64,000 bases of DNA, from assembly GCF_964194155.1 (NCBI RefSeq), contig NC_135915.1, positions 3,720,001-3,784,000 on the forward strand, in the 5' to 3' direction. This DNA comes from Cetorhinus maximus. Lineage: Eukaryota. This document shows positions 38,245 to 49,436 of this stretch, piece after piece. Both the position numbers and the translations under genes were made by a program. The notes under the pieces are model-generated. The model did not search any database. It was not told the origin of the DNA and saw nothing but the letters and a program-made list of their open reading frames with translations. Numbering within the stretch: the first letter of the stretch is position 1; every line of letters begins with the position of its first letter.

Positions 38245-41200
38245 TTCCATAAGACATCGGAGCAGAAGAATGTCATTCCGCCCATAGAGACTCCTCCGCC
38301 ATTCAGTGAGATCATTGCTGATCTGATAATCATCAACTTACCAATTTTGCCTTTTCCCCAGAACATTTGATTCTCTGACTGACAAAAATCAGTCGAGCTC
38401 AGTGTTGAATATAATTAACGACCCATCAACTACAGCTCTTTACGGGAACTAATTCCACACAAACACTACTCTCTGAGAGAATACATTCCTCCTCATCTCT
38501 GTATTAAATTGGTGAACCTTTCTCTGAAATGATGCCGGCTCGGACTAAACCCTCCCAGAAAGGGAACCAACTTCTCAGCATCTACTGTGTCACGGCCCCC
38601 AGGAATCCAATATGTTTCCATAAGGTCTACTCTCATTCCATTAAGCTCCAATGAGTAAACTCCCAATATAATCAATCTGCCCACAGGAAATCGTCCCTCC
38701 ACATCCAGTACCAGCCTATTGAAACTTCTGTGGGCTGCCTCCACTTCCAGCATATCTTTCCTCAAATAAGGAGACCAAAATTGTTGACATTATTCTAAGT
38801 GAATGCCTTGTATAGTTCTAGCATGACTTCCCCATTTTTATAATCCATTCCCTTTGAAATTAAAGCCATCACTTTATTTCCCTTCCCTATCACCTGCTGA
38901 AATTAACATTTTCATATTCATGCACGCAGGCTCCCAAATCCCTCTCTGCTGCAGCTTTCTGCAGTCGTTCTCCATTTAAGTAATATTGAGCTCCTCTATT
39001 CTTCCTGCCAACGTGCATAAACCCACAGTTTCCGATAATATATGCCATCTGCCAATTTTTGCCAACTCACGTAACATTTCTATATGCCCCTGTGGGCCCT
39101 TTGAGTCTTCCTCACCACTTGCCTTCGCACCAATGTCTGTGATAACTGGAAATTTGGCGACAGTACATTCACTTTCATCATATCAGCCATTAATATATAT
39201 TGTAAGTAACTGTGGTCGCAGCACTGATTCCTGTGGCGCTCCACTACTTACAGTTTACTATTCTGAAAATACCCCCCTTATCTCAGGTCTCTGTCTTCTA
39301 TTAGTTAGCAAATCCTCTATCCATGCTAGTGTACTACTCCCAAGACCATGATCTCTTATCTTATTAAGCAGCCTTGTGTCTGGTACCTTATTGAACGCCT
39401 TTTTGGAAATACAAGAATATTGCATATCCTGGTCCCCCTTCACCAATTCTGCTTTTTACTTCCTCAAATAATTCTAATAAATTTACCAGGCACGATTTCC
39501 CCATCATCAACATGCTAACTCTGCTTGATTATATTATGTATTTTAAATGCTCTGCTCTCACACTCCTTGTAATAGACTTTAACCTTTTCCCAATAGCTCA
39601 TATTAAGCTATTTGGCCTATAGTTGCCTGAGCATTTTTCTCCCTGCCTTTTTGAATATGTTTGTAACTTTGGCAGATTTCCAATCTTCTGAGTCTTTTCC
39701 AGAACCAAACGATTCTTGGAAGATGACTGTCAGTGCATCCATTATTTCTGCAGATACTTCCTTTAATATCCTAGGATGCAACCCATCAGGGATTTATCGG
39801 CTTTTAGCTCCATTAGTTTCTTGATCACTTTTTCTCTAGTGATAGTTATTTCTTTATTCCCTTCCCCCGTTTTCCCCCTGATTATTTAGTATTTTAGGAA
39901 TGGGATTAGTGTTGTCTACCATGAAGACTGATGCAATGCATTAATTCAACTCCTCTGCCATTTCCTCGTTCCCCATTCTCATTTTTACAGCCTCATTCTC
40001 CAAAAGGCATTAGTCCACTTAAGCCTCTCTCTTCATTTTTTTTTATATTTAAAGCAGCGGCTATATAACGTTTTTATAAGACCTGCTAGTTATCGCTCAA
40101 TATTTATTTTCCCAATCTTTAATGTATTTTTTGTCATCTTTTCTTGGTTTTAAAAAAAATCCTAATCCTCTGGCTTACCACAAACCTTTGCCACATTGTA
40201 TGTATTTTTATTTCAACTTGACTCTATCCTCATCATCTTGGGTAAACTATGGTTGATTGTGTCCATCCTACAATCCTAAATCCTCACGGGCATATATCGC
40301 TTATATGAGTCATGAACTATTTTCTTAAACGTCTGCCATTGTTCATCAACCGTCTTTTCTGTTGAACTCCTTTCCCAGACTACTCCAGCCAACTCTGCCC
40401 TCATTCCTTTGTAATTATCCGTTTGTAAGTTTAGCACAGTTGTTTCGGACCCATTTTCACTCTCAAACTGAATGCTAAGTTAAACCATGTTATGGTCATT
40501 TTTTTCCTAGGGGACATTTTACACTTAACCTTTTACATTTATTAACCTGCCTCATTCCACATTAACAGATCCAAAGTAGACTGATCCCTGATTAGATCCA
40601 CAGCAAATTGTTCTAGGAAACTCTCCCGGATACACTCTATGATGTGATTTTCCCAAACAACATGGAGTTTCAAGTCACCCATGATTAATGTAGTGCCATT
40701 TTTTCATGTCATAACTATCTCCTGACTTATTCTCTTTCCTACGGTATAGCTACTGTTAGGCACCCTGTAGACTACTCGCACCACTGTCTTCACCCCCTTG
40801 TTATTTCTTACCTCAACCCATGTGAATTCTACATCTGCTGATCCAAAATCATTTCTTGCTATCCAACGTATTCGATCTCGTCGAAGAAAGATGTCCCACC
40901 ACCATTTTCATCCTGCCTGTAACTTTCGAAAATCACATGTCCCTGAATAATTAGTTATCAGCTTTGATCTCTTGGTAACCACGTCTCCGTAATGGCTATA
41001 AGATCATTTCCATTAACCTCTATTTCTGCCTTTAATTTATTTATTTGGTTCTGAATACGGCCAGCAATTAAGTAATGAGGCATGAATTTTCACTTTTTTA
41101 CCATTTCCCCATTTGAGTCAATTTGCTGTAGTGTTTTTTTATGTTTCTAAACTCTGTCCCTTACTGTCACATTCTGGATATCATTACCTAAATAGCTGCC

Positions 41201-42230
41201 CTGCAAAGTTCCCACATTGTTTTGCTTCTTAAACCTACAAATCCCCTCTCCAGAATTCCCGCTCACCTATTTATCAGAAAACACTCGCTAAAGCCCCAGT
41301 TATTCAATTCCCCACGACGCTGGAATCTGCATTTTTAAAGTGAAGCCCTTCCCACCCGAATAGCTCCCTCCTTTCCCAGCACTGGCGCCGGTGCCCCTGA
41401 AACACATTTTTCCCACACCAAACTTTGAGCACAAATTTAAATCCGTGACTTTATTTCTCCTATGGCAGTTTGCCCGTTGTTCAGGTAGTAATCCCAAGAT
41501 ATTTATCTCAGATGTTTTGCTTTTTAATTTAGCTGCTAACTGTTCGAGTTCATTCAGCAGAATTTGGTTTCTAGTTCTGTCAATGTCGCTGGCATCAACG
41601 TGGATGGTGACAATTTGATTTATCCCCTCCACTCCCAGTTCCTCTCCAGCCCTGAGGTGATGTCCTCGCACCAGGCAGGCAAGAGAGCCTTCGGAACTCA
41701 TGCAGTGAACAATACTCTTCGCCAATTATTATGTCCCCTACCACTACTGAATTTCTTAATTCCACCCCTAGCTGGAATGGCTGCCTGTATCACGGTGCTG
41801 TGGTCGGTTCGCTCATCCTTCCTGCAGTCCCAGCTCTCATCCACACATCTTCCAAGAACCTAGCCACTGTTGAACAGTTGCAGGGGCCAAGGCCCCTTTA
41901 ACGTGACCTCCTTGATCCCCATTACTAAGTCACCTGCGTTCAGACCATCCTGTCCCTGATCCCAGAACCAATTTTAAATTCCTGATCTGAGGGGTAAGAC
42001 CACCTCCTGGAGCAAAGTGTACGCATAACTTTCCCCTCCCTGATGTGGCACAATGTCAGCAGCTCGGAAACCAGCTCCTTAACTCGGATCCGAATGTTCT
42101 CGAGCTGCAAACTTTTGCTACTGATGTGCTCACTCTGGATCAACTTGGTGTCCAACAGGTCAACATTCTGCTGCAGCTACACATTAAATGTCCTGCCGTC
42201 GCTAATGTATTTTAATTAATTAATTAACCA
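38245..42230 (-). mobile_element. Near full-length decayed CR1 LINE (ORF1 with coiled coil and SGNH esterase-like domain, ORF2 APE-RT, 3' end)
   Basis: LQLENIRIRVKELVSELLTL and IVTIHVDASDIDR...LKSKTSEINILGLLP (ORF1), then KAFNKVP..RLLNKI..HG...LAWIEDLL..RRQR (RT). Confidence 0.92.
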
Positions 42231-42479
42231 AATACATTAGCATTTAAAGAATCTCCCACTAGAATCACTTGATTGTTATTTTTTTTTGCACAACAGGACC
42301 GAATGTATACTGAAGAATCTATTTTCAGAGGAAAAACACCCGACAGAGTACAAAGCAAACTAAAGACTTCAATTTTATTTTACCGACTACACATACCCAC
42401 CAAACAGCTGTTGTCGCGCTCTTTTCCCTCTCTGCTCTTTCAGGGTCTATCGCCTCTCTCCGGAATCTTAAATGATCTC

Positions 42480-43400
42480 TTTTTAATTGGTGATACAAAA
42501 GTTGGTGGGAAGGCAAGTGGTCAAGATGACACAATGTTTCCACAGAGGGGTACAGATAATTTAAGTGAGTGGGAAACACTTGGCAGCTGGAATATAACGT
42601 GGGAAAATGAGAGGTTATGCACGTTGGCACGAAGAATAGAGGAGCTGAATATTATTTAAATGGGGAATGACTGCAGAATGCTGCAGCACAGAGGGATTTG
42701 GCAGTCCGCCTGCATGAATCCCCCCCAAAAAACAAATACATAATTTCAGCAGGTGATAGGAACGCGACAGGATTGTTGGCATTTATTCAAAGGGAATGGA
42801 GGGAAAAATTGGGAGGCTGTTCTAGTACTTTGCACAGCATAGGTTAGGCATTGCCTAGAATACTGTAAACAGTTTTGGCCCCTTATCTAAGGAAGCATAA
42901 GCTGACATTAGAGGCAGCCCAGAGAAGTATCACTAGATTGTGCCCGGGTATGGAGGGTTTTCTTCTGTGGAGAGGTTGAGTAGATTAGACCTGTACTCAC
43001 TGGAGTCTGGAAGAATGAGATGCAGCTTTATTAAAACAAATAAGATTCTTGGGGAGCTTGGCAGGGTAGATGCTGAGAAGTTGATTCCACTTGCGGAGGG
43101 TCGAGGAACAGAGGGCATTTTCACAGAGTGTCGCCTATTTAACACAGAGATTAGGAGGAATTTCTTCAATCAGATCGTAGTGAATCGATGCATTATTTAT
43201 TGCCGATGGCGTTGAAGGCTGGGTCATTAGTCATATTCAAGGCAGATTTTCAATCAAAAATGCAACAAAAGGCTCTGGTAAATGTAAGGAAAGTGTAGTT
43301 GAAGATTATCAGGTCAGCAATGACCTCATTAAATGGCGAACAGATTCGTTGTCCGAGTAGCCTACTTCAGCAAATAGGTTTAATGATCTCTTGGAATCAT
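42480..43400 (+). mobile_element. CR1 LINE 3' fragment
   Basis: DTKVGG and ERLSRLDLYSLE.GRMR..FIKT.KIL...RRNFFNQ.VVN. Confidence 0.9.
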
Positions 43401-43594
43401 GCTCTCTACTCTCCCCCTGCTCAAAAATGCTGTGTGGCCATTCTCTCCGTGTGCTCCAATGGTCGCTCACTCAACTCACACTGTCTCACTGTTAATGTTC
43501 ACGCTGTTCCTTTTGGTCTCTCCCTGTTATTGGCACCGCTGTTTCTCCCACTCTCCCACTCTCATTGCCTGCTCTGTTCCTCTATCACTCATAG

Positions 43595-43865
43595 AGTCAG
43601 AGGGTCACAGTGTATCCGAGTTATACAGCATAGAAACAGGTCTTAAGGCCCATCATGACCGTGCCAGGAGTCAAGTACCTATCTATTCTAATCCCATTTA
43701 ACAGCTCTTGGCCCCTAACCCTGTATGCGATGCCGTTTCAAGTGCTCATCTAAATACTTCTTAAATGTTGTGAGGGTGCCTGCCTCTACTACCCACTCAG
43801 GCAGTGTGCTGCAGTTTCCAACATCATTCTGGGTGATTTTCACCCCGCCTCTAAAATCCTGCTAA
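43595..43865 (-). mobile_element. CR1 LINE 3' end fragment within CT-rich simple repeats
   Basis: tacagcatagaaacagg...ggccc...aaatacttcttaaatgttgtgagg matches the CR1 3' end at 49850-50050. Confidence 0.7.
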
Positions 43866-44139
43866 CAGCCTCGCTGCTTCACTCGCAGTTTCTCTCATAC
43901 TCTCCCGCTCCTAATGGCCCACAGCCCTCTCACTCTCTTAATGCTAATGGCCCCCTTGCTCCTCTCTCACTCTCTCACTGTTATTGGCCCCGCTACTCCT
44001 CTCTCACTGCTAACGGCCCCACTTCTCCTATCTCACTCTTCTCCAGTACAGTGGCACCCCTCAAATTGCCAGAACCCCCCTTATTTATGCAGCTACAGCG
44101 TCGTAATCCACAGTCATAACAGATGAAAAGTAAGCATTT

Positions 44140-46380
44140 ATAACATCACCTATGTCCTTCGCTTACAGCACAATCTGCCACTTTGTTCTCTGATGGGTCC
44201 TATTATTTCCCTGGTTATCCTCAAGCCCTGAATATAATTATAAAATGCCTTGGGGTTTTCCATTACCTTTCCCTCCAGTGTTTAGTAATGTTCGCTCTCC
44301 TAACTACTTGATAACTATCACACGCACTTTTTATGCTTCTCCAGGGCTTCCCCGTTGTTTTAACCTCCTGTATCTAGAATCAGTCACTTTTCCTTTTCCT
44401 TATTCAATCCTCCATATCCCTTGACTACCAGTATCCCCTGGAATTCTTTGTCCTACCCCTCACCTCTACCGCAACATGTTGGCCCTGAACTCTCACTATT
44501 TCCTTTCCGAAAGACTCCCGCAGGCCTGATGTAGACTTTCCTACAATTAGCTACTCCCAGTCCACTTTGGCCACAGCCTGTCATAAAATATGGAAGTCGG
44601 CCTTCCCAAATTTCAGGATCTTTAATTGCAAGCCATCTTTATCATTTTCTATAACTACCTTAAAACCGCAAGAACTATGGTCTCTCACCCCGAAATGGTT
44701 TCCCCCACGGACACTTATACCACTTTCCTGGCTTCATTCCCTAAGATTAGGTCCAGTGCCGCCCCTTCTCTCGTAGGGCTTTAGCGTTGGCTCAAAAATC
44801 TCTCTTTCAAGTACTTTAAGAATTCCAACATATCGAAGCCTCTCAACCTAAGTCTATCCAAGGTAACAGTGGTGAATTTAAATTTCCTACTCTTAATACC
44901 CTTGTACACATCTCTGAGATTTTCCTACATATCCGCTCCTCTAGCCCCCCTGACCCTTTGGAGGTATTTAGTGCACCCCCAGCAAAGTGATTGCCTCCTC
45001 TAATTAAGTTATCTACAGATGGCCTCATTTGAGGAACCTTCTAAAGTAACATCAATCCTTGAGGCTTTAATTTACTTCTTGATCAAGCGTGCAATGCCGG
45101 CTTCCCTTTTAACTCCCCACCACCAAGTCGCCACCAGCCCCCTGTCATGCCTGAACATTCTATACCCTGGCACATTGAGCTGTCAGTCCTGCCCTGCCAT
45201 CAACCATGTCCCTGTGATAGCAACAATATCGTATTCGCATGTGTTAATCAGCACCCTCAATTCATCTGCCCAACTTTTAAGAGTCCTTTCATTACAATAG
45301 CAGTGAACCAGCCTTGCATTATTCCCCTGTGCCTTAACTGGTCTACGTTTGCTCTACCTTCCAGACGCACTTAGTTCCTCTTCTATATTAGGCTTTGCAC
45401 CACCCTCTACTCTACCTTCACTCATTATTAAATAACAATACTGAATTAGTTTTACCTTCCCCCCACAACCCCACCCCAACATCACTAGCAAACCTCCCCA
45501 CAAAGATTTTGATCCTGTGCCAGTTCACGTGCAACCTGTCCGACGTGTATAGGTGCCAACTTCGCCAGAAACATTCCCTGATCAAGGAACCAGAAGGCCT
45601 CCCCCCAGCAACATTTCTTCAGCCACGCATTCTTCTTCTCTATCCTCATTTTCCGATACTCACTTTCACGTGACAAGCGGGTCATCCAGAGGTTGCAAGC
45701 TTTGAGGTCCTGCTTTTTAATCTGCTGCCTAGCTCCCTATGTTCATTTTGCAGGACCTCATCCCTCTTTCTACCTAAGTCGTTTGTACCAATGTGAACCA
45801 CGACCTCTGAGTTTTCCCTCCCTCTTCAGAATGCCCTGCAACTGTTCTGTGATATCCTTGACCCTGCTACCGGGGACGCAACACACCATTCTGGAGTCAT
45901 GCCTACAGCTGCAGAAGCACCTTTCTGCATCCTCACTATTTAGTATCCTTCCACTATTGCTCTAGCACTCTTACCCCTCCCCACTTGTGCATTCAACACA
46001 CACACAGTGCCTGGAATGTGACACTGGTTGCACTCTCCAGAGGAACATTCACCCTTACCCTTTTCCAACACAAAAAAAATAGGATTTCCTCATTACCTGC
46101 CTGGTGCTTTCATCATTACATACCTGTGGCTTTCCTCATTACATTCCTGCCTCCCTTCTTCTGACTGGTGGTCACCCACTCCCGCACTTCCTCAAGCTGC
46201 TGAGTGACCACATCTAAAAATGTTCTGTCCACGTAACTCTCAGCTTCGCGAGTGCAACGCTGTGTCACCAGCTGACGCTAACACGCCGAAACCCATTGCT
46301 CAAGCTGATAAATCCAGTGGCACTTCCTGCACATGTGGTCATTCACATTGCATTGCGTGTCGAAGAATCCTCATGCAAAT
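44140..46380 (-). mobile_element. Decayed CR1 LINE 5' part (ORF1 esterase-like region and endonuclease)
   Basis: Minus-strand EERICRKISE.C..VLRVGNLN.P..W (APE domain) and NAWLKKCC..E.F.F.D (esterase). Confidence 0.75.
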
Positions 46381-46649
46381 CACGTGACTGAGTCCCTTTG
46401 CCATACGTTTTGTTTAATTTTTATGTAGCAAAAGCTGTTTCCCTAAATTTAATCCATGTAAAAAAATGATTTAGCTTTTTTTCTGGCAAACTAAAGTCAA
46501 ATGCGCTGACTGTTACCTCCGGTAATGTAGTTTTAAAGTGGAGAAAAAAGAAAACACCTTACTCACTAACTACAATCCAGCTCTCTCCATTATCCTGACA
46601 TCACTCCTTTCGAATTCCTGCACCGCCCAGTACGTGTGTGAGAACAGGC

Positions 46650-46930
46650 TCTTTCACAATAAACTCCGCTATCGCTCTTTATACAGCCGCTCCACTCCCT
46701 CAAAGGGGCACTCCGCTACACACTTTACACAGCCGCTCTGCTCCGTCACAGGTAAACTCCTGCTCTATGTGCACCCGCTCCACTCTCGCTCTTTCTCCAG
46801 CCGTTCCATTCCCTCACAGGTAAACCCCCACTCTATATGCAACCGTTCAACTATCGCTCCTTATACAGCTGCTCCGCTCCCTCACAGGTAAACTCCTGAT
46901 CTTTAAACACCCGCTAACGTCTGGCTCTTT
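46650..46930. repeat. 68-bp tandem repeat, ~3 units
   Basis: cacaggtaaa occurs at 46747, 46815 and 46883. Confidence 0.8.
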
Positions 46931-47197
46931 TTTGTTGTTTCGCCTTTATTGTTTGTTTAATTTCCCCCTATATTTAAATTACTAAAATTTATAATAATCA
47001 ATAAGTGATTGTAACTCAGCTGCTAATTTCAATCTAAAAACAAAGCTAAAAGCTGAAATACTCACCAGCCAGTCGCCTGCCTGTCCTCCTGTGACCAAAC
47101 TCTGTTTTGGTGCTGAAATCCTGTCCTCCCTGTGAGGCTCAGACACGGAAAATGTTTAATCAATAATTTCCAGTACATTCTCCCCTCTCTCTGACAG

Positions 47198-48099
47198 TTA
47201 ATTTACTGGCAATTGTTATCCTGTCGCGGGGAAAGTGCGGCCTCTCCACCTGCACCACTCGCTACCTGGTGGCCATGGCAACGGCGGATCTACTGGTCAT
47301 TGTCACAAACGTCATACTGAACAAGATCAATAGATATTATTTCCCACTGAGTTTCCTGGACCTCACTCCTGTGTGTCGTGTTCACGCTGTCCTACAGGTT
47401 GCAGCCACAGACTGTTCTGTCTGGTTCACCGTCACTTTCTCTTTTGATCGATTTGTAGCCATTCGTTGCCAGAAGCTGAAAACAGAATATTGCACCGGGA
47501 AAACAGCGGCTGTGGTTCTAGCGACAACTGGTATCCTCCTCGGTTTAAAAAACATACCCCAATACTTTACACTGGAACCTGGACACATAATCAACAATGT
47601 ACCGTGGGGCTGTGTGGCAAAGCCAAGCGTCTTTACTAATCCTAGATGGGTTGGATTTAACTGGTTTCAGTCGGTTTTAACCCCTTTGCTCCCATTCGGA
47701 TTAATTGTGTTGATCAACGCTCTGACAGTCAGACACATTTTAGTGACCAGTCGAGTCCGGAAGGGACTGAGGGCTCAGAGTAAGGGAGAGAATCACAGTG
47801 ACGCAGAGATGGAGAGCAGGAGGAAGTCTATGATTTTACTCTTCACCATAACCGTCACCTTCATCCTCCTGTGGTCGGTGTATGTTATACAATTCTTCTA
47901 TATTGATGTGCGAGAGTTAATTTACCTCACCGAACCTGAATATATCTTCCAAAAGGTCGGGTTTATGCTACTGAAATTAAGTTGTTGCACAAACACATTT
48001 ATTTACACTGTGACTCAGTCCAAGTTCCGAGAGCAGATGAAGAAAACGGTGAATTATCCGGTTACATCAATTATTCAATTAATGAAGAAAAACACCTGA
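47198..48099 (+). CDS. Probable G-protein coupled receptor 139-like, coding exon 2 (TM1 second half to TM7 and C-tail). The spliced product is 321 aa.
   Basis: Acceptor tctctctgacag|TT. Uninterrupted frame VNLLAIVILSRGKCGLSTCTTRYLVAMATADLL...PVC...SFDRFVAI...PWGC...TPLLPF...FILLW...SCCTNTFIY...KFRE, stop TGA at 48097-48099. Confidence 0.95.
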
Positions 48100-49220
48100 C
48101 TGACAGACACCTCAGCCAATCAGAGAGATCCGGCCACTGACGGACAGGCGCTACTGCCAATGAGAAAGCTCCACATGCTGACTGACAGTCGCCTCACCCA
48201 ATCAGGGATCGCCGCTGCTAACGTCCAGCTGGTTGTGCCAATCAGGGCAATCAGCCCCATAATTGACAGGCGCGGCAGCCAATGGAGTAGCATCAGAATT
48301 TCATGCACAGCCACCTCATCAAATCAGGGAGAACCGCTCGCTGAATGACAGCTACCTGAGCCATAGTGACCTACCGGCTGACTGACAGTCGCTTCATCCA
48401 ATCAGGGAGCTGCAGCTTTTTGCCCAGAGTCACGTGGGCCAGTCAGGCTATTATTCCTGTGCGCCGACATTCATCTCAACCAATCAGGGAGTGACAACTG
48501 CTAACTGATAGACAGTTCAGCCAAACATAATGATAAAAACACAAAACTGCGGATGCTGGAAATGCAAAACAAAAGGTTCTGTTGAAAGGTCATGAGGACT
48601 CGAAACGTCAACTCTTTTCTTCTCCACCGATGCTGCCAGACCTGCTGAGTTTTTCCAGGTAATTCTGTTTTAGTTCAGCCAAACAGTTCATTCCAACAGC
48701 TGACTGGCATCAGCTTCATCCAATCACGTTGCTGCAACCAGTGACTCACAGATAGTTCAGCCAATCAGCGATCTTCACCAATGACCACAGAAGTATCAGC
48801 CCATCAGGGAGCTGAACACCATGACGGACAGCCGCATCAGCCAATCAGTAAGCTCCGACTGCTTCGGTCAGCACTTTAATTTATCAGACACCTCAAAGCA
48901 ACTCCCCCCATCGAGCGCGGAGATTCGTTCAATCACAGCGTTCAATAATTGACTGATAGCTCCTCAAACAAATGGAGAGTCCCTGCCCTGCCCGATTGGA
49001 GCGTTTCAGCATGAGAGTGACAGCTCTAATATCCAATCGGAGAGATGCAACAGCCCTGGAATTTCCAGGAGGAATGCAAATCCCGCTTCAAAATCCGACC
49101 AATTGCCTTTCTCACCCCAACAAAACCTATCGCTGCCCACTTGGCGATTGACAGCATCGTAAGCCAATGGCTGAGTTCCTTGCAGATCATTGGCCAATCG
49201 AAATTTGGCCCAATTGCTTC
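48097..49220 (+). repeat. Degenerate ~41-bp tandem array containing TGACTGACAG-N9-CCAATCAG
   Basis: CCAAT or a variant occurs at ~48116, 48157, 48198, 48238, 48279, 48398, 48480, 48720, 48762 and 48841. The array decays toward 49200. Confidence 0.8.
48528..48671. mobile_element. Short Penelope pseudo-LTR-derived insertion with an internal inversion and a 14-bp target site duplication
   Basis: agttcagccaaaca flanks it at 48514-48527 and 48672-48685. It contains the hammerhead-like CUGUUGA...GACUC-GAAACGUC at 48575-48613. Confidence 0.8.
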
Positions 49221-49249
49221 GATTCACAAAAGGTCACCAACAACCCACC

Positions 49250-49315
49250 GTCATGACGTCATTACGTGTGATCCTGGCTGGAGGTTGGTCAACGATCCTG
49301 AAAGCGGGGCGGCAC
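49250..49315 (+). promoter_or_regulatory. Promoter-like module: palindromic CRE and GC box after the CCAAT array
   Basis: ATGACGTCAT at 49253-49262 and GGGGCGG at 49306-49312. Confidence 0.4.
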
Positions 49316-49436
49316 TGGGAATTACGGCAGTGCAACGATATATCACTGATTCTAATTAAAGCTGGAACCGAAAGGCAGAAATTCAGAGATTGTAATAGGA
49401 GGAACACAGGGAAAAGGAAGGAAAAAGTTAAATAAC

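Noticed and set aside
46740-46895. Repeated CAG|GTAAA donor-like sites in the 68-bp repeat as alternative GPCR exons
   Set aside because: There is no TM1-like coding sequence upstream of them. They more likely belong to the 5' region of the adjacent CR1.
47269-48099. ORF-track start (GTG 47269) as the true start of a single-exon gene
   Set aside because: It would lack TM1. The frame extends up to the splice acceptor at 47197 and joins exon 1 at 36531-36594.
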